Both the position numbers and the translations under genes were made by a program. Shown in pieces: positions 37,355-49,794 of a DNA stretch of 64,000 nt. The DNA comes from Dipteris shenzhenensis. Its lineage: Eukaryota. The notes under the pieces are model-generated. The model made no database searches. It had not been told where the DNA came from and worked only from the letters and a program-made list of their open reading frames with translations. The DNA lies in NCBI GenBank assembly GCA_047967505.1, contig CM106538.1; one strand, written 5' to 3'. Each line of letters starts with the position of its first letter. The stretch's first letter is position 1.

Positions 37355-38089
37355 CTAGGATCTTGCAGATTGAGGTAGCTCTTCCAGAGGAGTGGGTAGA
37401 CACAGATGATATGCCACTCACTTGCTCCACTTGGGCAGGTACTTTTACGAGAGGTGGTGTCCCGCACACAGGTTTTAGCCTTTCGAGATGCATAGGAGGA
37501 TGCTTTGGCTTTTATTGTGCAGGATGGTGGCAGATTGCTCAGATCCACAGAGGACATCTTGCTTGAGTCTGCTTTTCAGCCTATCAGGGTTGTGCGTCTT
37601 TTGGGATCAGATTCAGAGTGGTTCCTCCACCCAGACCCTCGGCTTCTCTCCACTGGGTCTTGGAGGCTTTGGCTTTACTGGGGAGTTCCCATTAGGTATT
37701 TGTAGTGGGACCCTGGAGAGTGGGAGTGGATTGACGCAGGGCATGGAGAGAAGAGCATCCCCTTCTTTCGTTACACGGTAAGTAATGCCAAGAGATTTCA
37801 GCTCAGTGGTAGAGGTTGGAGACCTTCTAGAGTTCCTCATTGGGAGACATTTGATATCACTGTGGATCTGCAGAGGTGCTTCTGGAGGAGACTCTGGAAA
37901 TCCCACAAGAATAGAAAGATCACTCTTTTCTTTTGGCTTTCTATCCATGGTGGGATTGGAGTGAACCTTTGGAGATCCAGGTTCGGAGCCGACCCTAATT
38001 GCCCTCGTTGCCTCTCTGCTTCAGAGACTATTCCACATTGTTTATGGAACTGCAAACAGCAGATGAGGATGATTTGGATGGGGGTAGCA
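37355..38089 (+). mobile_element. LINE family A internal fragment (ORF2 C-terminal, zf-RVT)
   Basis: Colinear with 9762-10494; encodes CPRCLSASETIPHCLWNC. Confidence 0.88.
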
Positions 38090-39700
38090 AAACATAATGA
38101 AAGGCTATCTTATTGCTCCATACTGGGGAGCTGATTTTGGCTTTCGTTGGATACTGACATGGGAGACGTGTTAGGAACATGGTGGAGAGAGAGGGAGAGA
38201 AGGTTAGGGTGTGAGGAAATAATACATGAATGAAAACATAATGAAAGGCTATCTTATTCATTAAGTGTGTCATGACAAGTGAAGTACAAGCCTTTATATA
38301 GGCTACTCACATACATTCTAGCACCTAGTGCTATGGGATAAGTCCCATGATGACACGTGGCACTCACACAAGACACACACACATAAACTAGCACTAGATC
38401 ACCTAGTACTACACACTAACACTTCACACCAACACACTCTTTGACAATGATATCTCCAACACCCACCTTCGGAGCAAAGAGGTGTGAGACCCAACACGCA
38501 AGAGTAGACCGATCCCCCCTCCACCGCAATACTGCAAAGAGAAAGGCCAACTATCCAACACGTCCCGTGTGATAGTGACTTCTAAGTCAGCTTGCGACCG
38601 GCAAGGGCAAACCATCACTCGTCATCCCCCCTTACCCTGAATTGGGTGGTCAATATACCATCAAACCAAGCAACAAAACTAGCATGCTCTTTCTAGACAA
38701 CTGGTATGGGTTGGCAGAGGAGTATCTTGTTTGCTTTCTTTTAATGTGTCAAGGAGCCAACGGGGGACCTTTTTGGGCTCCTGGATTCTAACTCTTTCTT
38801 GGTCAAGAGCCCTGTGCAAACGGTTCGAATCAATGAGAGGCATATCGGGCTGAATATCTGGCTGCACATGTGGCTGTACATGACCAACAAATGGAGGAGG
38901 TACAACCTCAGATGGAACATCATCTTGAGCATTAGATGGAAACAAAGGCATCAAGGTATCAAAAATATCTGGGACATCAACAACGGACTGTTTTTTACAG
39001 TCCAGCAAAGGCATAGTGGTAGATTCATCAAAGACAACATCCCAACTAACAAATCACTTGCCTGTGCGGGGTTAATAGAGCTTATAGCGATGAAAGACAA
39101 CATCCCAACTAACAAATCACTTGCCTGTGCGGGGTTAATAGAGCTTATAGCCCTTGCTCTCTGAGCTATACCCAATAAAAATGCACTTGACACCTCTATC
39201 ATCCAACTTGGTGCGTGTCTGTGAAGGCACATTAGCATAGGCCAAACATCCAAAAGTCCTCATGTGAGAAATGCGAGGCTTACGACCCATCCAAGCCTCA
39301 TAAGGTGTGATAGTCTGCAATGCCTTTGTGACACATCTATTCAAAATGTAATTAGCACACATGACGGCATCCAACCACAACTTGTTAGGCAAATGTTTCC
39401 CTTTCAACATGCACCTAGCCATCTCCATCATTGATCTATTCTTCGGCTCAGCCACGGGATTCTGTTGAGGAGTGAGATGTATGCTCTAATGAGCTGAATA
39501 ACTTCCGGCAGGAAGTGATGTGCTTGCTAGCATCACTATCAAAGAACCAGGCATCATGAACAGCTGAAACCGCCATGTACGCATCATGAACATTAGGATT
39601 ATACTGACATGTAACCAAGAAAGCCAATGTTGGTCTTGTGCAAAATTAGCGGAGTCGTGTCAATCTTCTGCACTAGAAGGATCAAATACTGCAAGCATAG
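38090..39700 (-). mobile_element. Internally deleted copia fragment (protease and integrase pieces, LTR-like 38090-38434)
   Basis: Minus strand encodes HDAWFFDSDASKHITS (~39505-39560) and KNRSMMEMARCMLK...FGCLAYA...KCIFIGYSSESKGYKLY. A ~60-bp tandem duplication lies at 39030-39150. TATA on the minus strand at ~38295 and TGTTGG at 38434. Confidence 0.75.
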
Positions 39701-40722
39701 TTTTTTCCATACGTTACCATACGCATACGTCATACGAGTATGGAAGTATTATTGGAGTATGGTTTAACTCCTAGAGCTGAAACATACGTGACCCTAATTT
39801 TACCCAAAAACATTTAGAAAAATATACATTGTACACATTACATTGACATAGAGCTACAAAACTTTCAACTTTCAACTTGAAACTTGTATTAATATTAAAG
39901 TCATGAATCATGAAGTTCAAAGAGTCCACCCTCCAAAGACCAGAGTCATCTAGAATTTGGATTCGGATACATAGTGTCAATGATAGATCAATACTGCACC
40001 AAACATCATGGTAGGTAGTAGAAACCTGGAAGTAGTTACTACACCAAAACATCAAAGGCAAAACATCGAATAAGAAAATGCTGCCAGAGCCCAGAAATAA
40101 AGCTGAAAATTGAAATGGATCACAATTCACAACCGATGAGGCTCAAGCCTCAAACTGCATCCTCATCCTCATTCTCTTTCTCATCCTCATCCTCATCCTC
40201 ATCATCATCTGCATCAGTGCCATCCTCCTCCTCCTCCTCATTCTCCTTAAGACCATCCTTGAGGCCAACCACAACCAACATCGACCAACAGCGTACGGAG
40301 TATGGATTAGCAGCGTACGGATTAGAATAGTGCTAAAAAATGTGTTTTTTAAGGTTTTGCCAGGCACAAAATCGATCCCCTTCCCCCCCACAAAAAACCC
40401 ACCACAACAACCCACCCACCCCACACCAAAACAAGACAAAACAAACCAAACACACACACACTTTTTTTTTGTGGGAAGAAATCTTTTATTTCTGTAGAAT
40501 AATTACATTCATAGTTACTTCAAAAAACGAAGTAACTACTACTCAACTAAAGATCTCAGTATAAGCTGTATACACATCCTAATCAATCAAACGAGTCTGA
40601 AAACAATCATAGAATGATTGTTGCAGAGATCGTTTGAAAAAAAGAAGAAAATCCATCAAAGACAAATGCCAAGGAGAACTCGCCATAGGAAAAGCTGTTG
40701 TCGAAGAGGGACTTTGTAATGC

Positions 40723-40761
<39 letters not shown>

Positions 40762-41294
40762 CACTTTTTTTTTAGTGAAATCTTATATTTCTGTGTGGGA
40801 AACCTCAAAGGAGGTGAAGAAAAAAATTTACAAGTACAGCGTCAGAGCAAAAGTCATGAGGCAGCCAAGTAAAAAGTTACATATCAAGCTGGAGGAGGAT
40901 CAAACACAACATCCTCCAGCTTCAAATTATTGCTCTGTAAAAACTGATGCAGTGATGAAACCACACTATCAATAAAAACCAGCTGTTTTTTGTCCTTGTG
41001 ATTCTTCTTGATATGGGCTGGTACCCAAAATTTCTAAATCACAGGGTCAAAAACTTGTTGTAACATGGGATGAAAAGATTCCAGAAAAAAAGGCACTTCT
41101 GTATCCCAAACAGAAGGAGACGTTAGCACAGGCATCAGAGGCAAAGGAGCTAGATCAACATCTGTAGTACCGACAAAAGAGCTACATCTGATAAAGCAGG
41201 ACTCAGCATCTCAGCTTTGAGATGCTTCACTTCGAGGATCAACCTGAGAAAGAGCATGTGCAGCATCCTGTATGATCCCCTCTGCAAGGGACAC

Positions 41295-41910
41295 AGATTT
41301 TCAGTCACTTTGCCTGCTCCCCATTCTTTATGACATGGGGCTCAGTGGCTTGGCTTTCTGTTACAGGGCCTCAGGGTATTCTATGAGAGACTTGACTCCT
41401 CTCGGGCCATTTTGGTTCGACCTCATCAGATTGAGTCCTGTTCGTCCGGATGTGGTACCACACCTTCCTTTTACAGATGTACATGTCTCGGTGGATACTT
41501 CTTGGGAGATTTTAGCGAGCATAGCATCCTAGCATATCTGGAGGGCCAGATGTACAGATGCTATGGAGGGTACTTAGGTTCATCCCTCCCACACTTTGGC
41601 TAGTATCTGGACAGACACCGTACATACTTTGATGGCCATATGGATGAGGATACAGGGAGACTCCCGTGCAGCCTTAGCTAGGAGGGCTTCTTTCTTCAGG
41701 GAATGGAAGGACTCTCCTTTCTTCTTTGAGACTCCTACAGGGTTGAGGTGGCACTTTCAGCCTCAGCCTTGGTTGTTTTCCACCTCACTTTGAGGGGGCT
41801 TTATTTATCCTCATGATTTCATGATGTTGTATTTTCGCTGAGAGCTTGCTCTAGCGAGTTTCTTTCTTACTTAATAGAAGTCTCTTTTTTGAAAAATAAA
41901 TAAATAAATA
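41295..41910 (+). mobile_element. LINE family A 3' end with A-rich tail
   Basis: ASIWTDTVHTLMAIW...WHFQPQPWLF*, then TTAATAGAAGTCTCTTTTTTGAAAAATAAATAAATAAA. Confidence 0.88.
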
Positions 41911-42952
41911 GAGAAGTCACGTCACTTCCAATATTCTATTGGGATTTTATTTCCGTCCACCAACCAATATTCTATTGGGTTTTATTTACCTTATTCATCC
42001 ATGTCACTAGGCCCAAGGGCTCCCTTATAGGGCCCTTTTTAAGCCCAATTTTTTTGTAATGGTAGATAACAATTCTTGTGCATATCACATACAGCCATTT
42101 GCTTGATTCTTCCACGCTTGATGCCAATCTGCTTGCTGACTCATAGGTCAATGCAATGCATGTACCATTTCTACATGGGAGCTAACGGGGCGTCAACCTT
42201 GAGAAGGGGGCGTCGTCATGCGACGCTCAGGGAGGGTAACTTGGTAGTGATTGTAATTAAGTTTTACCGTGGATAGATTGTAACTTTGTTATTGGGAATT
42301 TTTCTATGTCAGTTTTCATCACTTTATTTCTCATTTTGATTGAATTACATGAGGAATGCTAACTTGAAATCGAAGTCTTAAAAAGTACAGCCAAGTATTT
42401 CGATGTTTTTTAAAGCTAGGATTGGCGGAATATGGAAGAAAGTATGGGTTGCTATGCATAGCTATGTTCCAAGTCATTGTAGGGGAGACGGGAAAATAAA
42501 GTTCACAGGAGGGTATAGCCTTTCAATGATGCTAAAACTATCACCGATGCACCATCATGTCCCAAGACTCAGATCCTAGGAGAAGGAAAAATAAAGCTCT
42601 TTAGAATATATCAACGGACCGTGAAGTCTTTCAATTACGCTAAAAGCATCATCCATCATGCATGGATATCTTCTAAGCCACAGATTGCGGGGAGAAAGGA
42701 AATAGAAAATAGATCACCAGGAGTGTAAGCCCTTTTAATTATGCTAAAATCTGTGCACTATTTCCTGGTTGATATTCTGCACAAATTAAGAATTGACTGG
42801 CTTGCAAAATTATATTCCAAGTCACAGAAGTGGGGAGGAACGGAAAAAGCAAGTTCTTTAATAATACATCATGAGGAGTATATATTGGCTTTAATTATGC
42901 TGGAAAATGTATACTATTTGTTTGTGATATTTTCCACAAATTTTGCTCTTAG

Positions 42953-43051
42953 GTCACCTTGTTGAGGGCACCTAAGTTTTCGGACGAGATCTTTAGCTTC
43001 AATTTTGGTGGCTCAAGTGGCAACCTGGTTGCTGCTGGAAGCAAGGCCAAG
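42953..43051 (+). CDS. WDR89: Internal exon B of WDR89/GTS1-like gene (VTLLRAPKFSDEIFSFNFGGSSGNLVAAGSKAK)
   Basis: ttttgctcttAG acceptor and GTatat donor; 99 bp, phase 0/0. Continues exon A in frame and resembles GTS1 EIFSFSYGG...NLLAGG. Confidence 0.9.
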
Positions 43052-43203
43052 GTATATAATCCCTTCCCTTTGTTTGGTTTTGAACGAAAGGGCATCCCTA
43101 GGCGAGATGGAGTTGTAATTCTTTCCATTTATGCTGCATGGTCTGGTGGTAGAGTTGCTTTCAAATTTAAGATCTCACTTGGCATCAGTTTGGTTGTCTC
43201 TAG

Positions 43204-43278
43204 GTGCTGTGTTGGGATTGGAGAACAAGAAAAGAGGTGGCCTGTATGGAGGAATGTCATACAGAGGATGTCACTCAG
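43204..43278 (+). CDS. WDR89: Internal exon C of WDR89/GTS1-like gene (VLCWDWRTRKEVACMEECHTEDVTQ)
   Basis: gtctctAG acceptor and GTttta donor; 75 bp, phase 0/0. Resembles GTS1 VLLWDWRNSKQVACLEESHMDDVTQ. This frame is not in the ORF track. Confidence 0.92.
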
Positions 43279-43942
43279 GTTTTATCACTGTACACAATTG
43301 CTGTTATATAAATGATGACTATTCCTGTTCAGGCAGTGTATGATCTCACAATACGAATACGATAAGATTGCTTCTCTAAGTTTAACAAGGATGTTGTTGT
43401 GAAATAAATGATTCCCTTGTGCTGCCTTCTTTTACTGCAACTCTGTAAGCCCATAAAAATTGCACTATATGTTGTGTCTTTAGAGGATGAGTTTGGGTAT
43501 GTTCCTGGATTCATCTAGATATCTGCTGCTGATTTTGCTTTAGTTCAGCTAGCATTTCTTACTTCTGAATCTGGAGTTGATCAGCTGAGTCCTTTTGTTA
43601 GTGCCTCCATCCATTTCAGCGTCTGTTCAGGCCTGAAACAGTGATCTTTGGACAGTTCTAATCACTCCTTTCCAGAGGGAATTATACCAGTTTGTGGAAG
43701 CAATACTACCCCATCATAAGGTCACTCCTTGATTGAGACTAAGGATGAGATCATTGGATTTGAAGCAGAATTAAATTGTTGGCTGAATAAAGAGACTCCC
43801 TCGAAAGACTTCGAAGGATGGGCTATACCGTGCATTAGCAACACTTAGTTTAGACTCCAAGGATAATAATTTGCATTCAAGCTGTAAGTCCTGAGTTGGT
43901 AAATTTTCTCGGTTGGTGATGAGACTGCCACCATATTTTACA

Positions 43943-45963
43943 TGTGTGGGTACGAGAAGAGGACGTTAAATGTGTCTTGCTATGTTTTGTCCACAAATGT
44001 TTTAAAAAAAAATATTTCACATGTGTTTATCCATGTATTTCAAATCTTTTCTTCCATGTTCATTGGAGACATCTAAGTAAAGGTTTTAAATACTTAAAAT
44101 TAAAAAAAAACTTAAATCTAAAATGTATTCTACTTGGAAAGTCTGTACTTTGTGTTTTATAATCTTGTTGAGTTTAAGGAGTTAATCATGCCATCTTCTA
44201 GATAGTTAACTAGTTTTGCAACTACTTGGGTTTCCTTGGATATTAATAGGTTAGCCATGGACTCAGCTGCTTGCATCACTTTGGTGATGACAGCAAAACA
44301 ATATGTAGTTGTTGAGAAATCCTTGGGGGTAAACCACTTGAAAATTAAGACTTTGGTGGTCACTAAGGTGATGTGCTTGTGTCAATTGAGTGACGAACTC
44401 ACTTGAAGTGCTTTGGCGTTTGGATTCACTTTATCGTGAACTAAATTGAGGGAAAATTTATCCTCAACTAAATCGAAAGGACTCGGGTGGGTTGATCATA
44501 AAGAGCAGGAAATGCCAAGAAAAAGAAGTGCCTATGGCTGCCCAGTGCTCTTAAAGAATAGGAAATGCCAAGAAAAAAGAAGGCCCTATGGTTGCCTAGT
44601 GCTCTTAAAGAGCATGAAACGCCAAGAAAAAATGAATCTCCGTGCGGAAAGCAAGTGTTTTAGATGCAGAAAGAGGGGCGTGTGGCTGCCTAGTGCCTTG
44701 GAAGGCTAGTCGGCCACAAGGAGCAGAGAATGCCACAAGACCGATCTAAGTCAATGATCGGAGTTACCAGATTCCAAGATCCACTTTAGGTGGAAGAGTT
44801 GGAGGAGACCCTCCAACAAGAACAAAATGTGTACCCCACAAGGAAGAAAAGCACCCAAAAGCAAGTTATCTGCGGGTAACTTGCCAAGTACCAGAACTAT
44901 TAGGCAATTGATGCCAAGACAGGAGGTATCCCCAAGTTTGACGCTGTATCAAGAAGCTTTTCAGTTGAGGACAACTGATTAGAAGCCAAGGGGATGTTAC
45001 CAATTGGTATTTCTCCCAAGAAATAAAGAGGATTTTTTATTGCATTGACAATGGTCAAGAAAGTTGACTTGGTTAACTAGAATAAGCTTTGTTTTACTTT
45101 TGCTTCGCATTAGTAAAAGAGAACTGTGGGGACACCCACAAGGGACTAGGATTAGTCCATGAACTAGGAATGCATGCATTTTGCACAAGGCTCAAAAAGT
45201 AAAGACAAGGGGCCGCCTCATTAAAAGGAGGGCCCACAAGATTGAAAGGCACCTAAAAGCTCCAAAGCACCAGATTTAGAAGGAAAAAGACTAAAAGCTT
45301 GGCGTTTTGTAAAAGTAGCTTTTAGAAAGCAGGCCCTAGCTTTTTGCTAGGCCTAGTCTATAAAAGAAAGGCCCTTGGCCTCCTAGATTCATTCAAGATT
45401 GTACTTAGACTTATGCTCTTTCATGAGCTAGTTGTACAAAGATTATTCTATTGCAATAAAGACCGGTCCAGCCCTTATTTTTGGGCCCTACTGTGGTGTC
45501 TTGTATTCTTTCTCTCTCTTAGACCCCTCTTTCTATTGCTGTGATTCACTTCTACTCCTCCCAGGCTGAGTTGCGATTCATTCCAGCAGCATATCTTCGA
45601 CTCTCTGACGCATACAAGTGCCCGGAAAGAGTGCAGCTGCAGCGATCCAGTTCCCAGCCGTTCTAGAAGATCATCTACCTGTTGCAATTAGGGTTTCCAG
45701 CCCTACTGGGTGCCCAGAGATGCTGCGAATTGACTCCAAAGCACCAGACCTGCTGCGAATTGATTCCAAGGAGCCTAGCACTGCCGCGATTTGGTCTAAG
45801 GGTGCCCAGGATCCTCTACAAGCTATTCTTGGGAGTAGAGCCATATTGCGATTTGTTCCAGAAAGCTGTTTTGTGTGTTGCAAACTGCTCGAAAGTGTTA
45901 TAATAGCAGTGATTTTATTGCTAAAGTATTTTCAAGTATCTTCAGGTTTGGTTAGTATAGACA
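43943..45963 (+). repeat. Probable LTR / solo-LTR remnant in the 6.4-kb intron
   Basis: Starts TGTGTG; ~52-bp internal tandem repeats (GAAATGCCAAGAAAAA...GTGCTCTTAAAGA) at 44505-44630; CTATAAAAG near 45358 followed by a CT-rich region. No TSD found. Confidence 0.4.
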
Positions 45964-45984
45964 AGCAAGGAATATCTGGAAAGG

Positions 45985-46422
45985 GATTACTAGGATTTCG
46001 ACTCTTCTTCTATTTTCTCGATTCGGCGACACCTTAGTTGAGTCGTGCTCTCTAGATGATGTACCAGCCTTACCATTCAGAGTGGTACATACTTCGGTGG
46101 ATTCCTCTTGAGAGCAACGGCTTGCATTTCAGTATGGCATATCCGGAGAGTCAGATGCAGAGAGGCCTTAGACCATTCCCAGCTCCACCCCTCTCATACC
46201 TTGGCTAGTATTTGGATAGATATTATACCTACCTTGATGTCCACTTGGATGAGAATACGAGGATCTTCAGCGGCCTCTACTAGGAGGGTTTCTTTCCTTA
46301 GGGAGTGGAGAGGCTCCCATTTCTTCTCAGAGTCCTGTACAGGGTTGCAGTGGCATTTTCAGCCTCAACCTTCTCGCGGGTTTTGTTTGATACCTAATAG
46401 AAGTCTTTTGCTTGAAAAAAAA
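45985..46422 (+). mobile_element. LINE family A 3'-end fragment
   Basis: VESCSLDDVP...HPSHTLASIW...WHFQPQP, then CTAATAGAAGTCTTTTGCTTG and an A-run. Confidence 0.82.
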
Positions 46423-46699
46423 ATGCCAGTATCTAGCAGCAGGGTGTTGCCTAGTGCTGCATAGTGGTGCTCCTGCTCTAGTGGACAGCCAACATGTGGC
46501 AATGTTTGCTCATTTGCACCTTTCTCTGATCCTACGGTGTACTACTCGCCTCCAACAATGGATGTTGACCTGCTTGCTACTCTACAGAACACCCTATACT
46601 GAGGAACAACAAATGGATCCCATTGACAAGGGCTTGTGCGGTTGATATAGGACTGGAGAGCTAGAAAACTGCCCGATCCAGTCTACAGGCTGGCTGACC

Positions 46700-47650
46700 A
46701 GCCTGCAGCTGACGTTGTCATCTTGCAGAAAAATGCTTGCAAGATCACTGCACCTTGCTGTCATGTAGAAGCTTCACAGTAGGTGCCTGTTTGTTGCACC
46801 TTTCTGCCCTGCCCCAACCTGCAGAACACCTCCAAACGCAGCTAGCATGCTGCCTATGTGGCAGCCGTGAAAATGCTCTGAGTCCGGCCCCTTTGTAATG
46901 AGAAACCATCTCTATTGAGGGCCAGTAGGGGCAAGGGGTGCCACTGGAGCATGCTACCGAAGGGAGACACCACCTGAAGTATCCTTGGGCCTTTTCTTCT
47001 TCTTTGGGCAATCTCTAGCAAAGTGCCCAAAGAGTGCAAATTCACCCCTAGTCTTGTGGGACTGAAATCTAAACTTCCCGCTAAAAGAGAGAGTCATCTA
47101 GTCGCTGAAGCATAGTGTGTTCATCAGAGATATTAGGGTCAGCAACATTGGCCCTAACCCTTGGGACCTCATCAGAGCTGACCACCTCTACTGCAAAGGA
47201 AGGCAAACTAGGGAGAGGGGGAACCTCTGCGACCAAACCAAAGGAGACTCCAGTCAGCTCTGCAGGAAGGAAGGCAGACCAGGGGGAGAGGGAACCTTTG
47301 TGACCATACCAATGGTAAACCTGAGGAAGGTCCGGAAATTTGATGAATAAAGGTCTTTCTTCTTCATTGGGTCGAATCCTACTGAGAAGGGTGAGAGGGA
47401 CATCAACCTGGAGCTGAGTGCTAAAGGACTAGCCTAAAACAATATTATTGCGACTTCGGGGAATCAAAAAACCACCCAGAAGAAACCTCTTCCAAACAAA
47501 CAAATGTCTGAAAGATGTGGGAAGGGTACCAAGCATCCAGTCCCTAGCATGAGTCCTGGAAGGGTGGGATCCATGGATGCATTCGAAGAGGGTAGTGGCG
47601 CTCTAAAGTTCCACGTGCTTTTGGAGCTGCTGCATTTTCGTCTTTTCCAA
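46700..47650 (-). mobile_element. Degraded LINE ORF1 fragment
   Basis: The minus strand encodes GRGFFWVVF (DUF4283-like) and GHFARDCPK (zinc knuckle half). Confidence 0.55.
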
Positions 47651-47839
47651 AATGTGTATGTTCTCATGGTCGGTGGAATTGGACAGGTTGAATGGGTTGA
47701 TGGGAGGCCGACTTGAAACCATAGTTGCTCAAAATGCCATTTTGGCACCCCAGTTAAGAAACGCTGAAATGGCACCATTCCAAAACGGCAAAATGCTGTT
47801 TCGGAAACCTGATTTTTCCCAAAAAACCCTGATAGGGTT

Positions 47840-48100
47840 TTTGGCCCCTACTCCAGCCTCTCCTACTCCTCTCCTACTCCTACTCCTAATCCTCTGCTAA
47901 TCCTACTCCTACCCCTACTCCTAATCCTCTGCTAATCCTACTCCTACTCCTCTTCCTCTTCTACTTCTCTCTTCTCCAGTCTCTGCTACTCTTCTACACT
48001 TCCTACTACTACTCTCCTACTATTGCTCTTCCTACCATTACTACTACTACTACTCTTCCTACATCTCCTCTCCTGCTCAAGCCTCTCCATCCTCCTACTT
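47840..48100. repeat. CTA/CTC trinucleotide-type low-complexity repeat
   Basis: Runs of CTACTC, CTAATCCTCTG and CTA. Confidence 0.75.
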
Positions 48101-49683
48101 CTCTGGTTCATGTCGTGGTGTGCATGTGTTTGATTCCTAGGTGTCGCTTTTGATGAGTCAATTTGACTCCTTGGCATTGTTGGCACAAAGTTTAAAAAAA
48201 CCTTTGTCTCTCATCGCCAAGAGACCGAGACGGACTATACCCACAGAAAGCTGCCAGTAATGGGATATGTCGTAGCTCGGTGGCCTTCTATAGATGTTGC
48301 TTCATATGCGTGCGGTTTCAATTATCCGTGTTCCCAATGTGCCTATTAATCAGCACCAGGAGGGTCCCTAACTAGTGTGTATCATTTGACGGAGGTGTGA
48401 GACGATGTAGAAGTCGTAGGATAGATAGTATTTTGTGATTCCGTAGAGGAGGGAGGTGCTAATATCCATGGGGTCTTGAAGGGGATGACCTTTGAATTTC
48501 AATAAAGGAGATGGCAGTTATGAATCGATAAGAGTATTATCCGATGGAATCTTAGACACCCCCTTCTTTGTACATCCCTGTTTCGAGAGGAAGAGAGTGA
48601 TATCTCCTACACCATCATGAGGTCACATTGTACTTATGAGGATGATGTTGATGACACCACTGATCCTATATGACTATGTATCTTTAGCATTCAGCATGGG
48701 TGATGATGCTCGCTTAGTAGCTCCACCCTTCTGCTTGTTTGTACCAGGTTTTTTATCAATCTCATAGACCCATCGGTCTTTCGTAGACTTTAATAAACTT
48801 TCTTTCTTTCTTTCTCTCTCTCTCTCTCTCTCATTCTTTGACTCTCCCTCCTTCTCCTTATACTCTCCCTTCCTCCTCATAATCATCATTCATGAATGAT
48901 AGATCATTAAATGATAGATGTTGAAACATGCTGCATGAGTCATGACTTAATGCTAAATAGCATAATTTATCGCTTTAAGCACTATATTGATCATTGTATC
49001 ATGTATAAAAAAATATTTTTACACACAAATTGTATCATATTGCCGTTTCTTTGTTCTGCCGTTTCAGCTAGGGCTGGAAAATCCATTTCCCCAGTTTTTA
49101 CCGTTTCTGTTTCTGTTCACGACTATGCTTGGAACCTTTTATAAGTCCATCTAAAGACTGTCACTTGCAAATCACCGGGAGAGAGACGGTGTGGGTGTGT
49201 TTGTTATTGTGAATGTGTGAGTGTGCTGAGAGTGAATGCAAAGCTAAGAGCGTGAGTGTGATATTGAGTGTGAGGGGAGGAGAGCAGAGAGGGAATCAAG
49301 GGTTATGTTTCCTGCTGAAAATAATTGCAGATCACCTGATGAGAATGTTTGAAATCCACATTGTCTTTCCATTTGTATTTCCTTTTTTTATGGTATGTAT
49401 TATGCACACATTCCTTCATGTGCATGTGTGTACATTTCAGTATCTGTCGACTTGTGCCTACATGCTTTCGTGCTTTCATGGACATGCTTAATTGCAAATG
49501 CTGTTGCATATATGTTTCTTTTCTACATTTGGTATTCACAGGTACATATTTTATCTTGCTTTTGTGCAAAGGAAAGCTATAACAGAGTGACCAGCTTGTA
49601 TACTGGCTAATGTATGGAGATAGTTTGGATTGTTTGTTTGTTTTGCATTTCTGATGCAGATTGTATATATCATGTCATCATAG

Positions 49684-49794
49684 GTCCGATTCCATCCTAC
49701 TAGGAGGGAGAGGCTAGTTTCGGCATCTGTGGATGGACTTATGTGTGTTTTTAATACACAGGGGGAAATCAATGATGATGAGGCCCTGGATGTT
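49684..49794 (+). CDS. WDR89: Internal exon D of WDR89/GTS1-like gene (VRFHPTRRERLVSASVDGLMCVFNTQGEINDDEALDV)
   Basis: catAG acceptor and GTAAGC donor; 111 bp, phase 0/0. Resembles GTS1 VHFVP...LLSASVDGLICLFNTEGDINDDD. The next exon was not found before the window end. Confidence 0.92.

Noticed and set aside
39770-40330. Possible hAT-like transposase tail with acidic C-terminus on the minus strand
   Set aside because: Only a D/E-coding simple repeat; no catalytic or dimerisation motif, TIR or TSD identified.
42959-43315. 118-aa ORF as a single exon
   Set aside because: It reads through the 152-bp intron. Homology stops at the GT at 43052 and resumes in a different frame at 43204.
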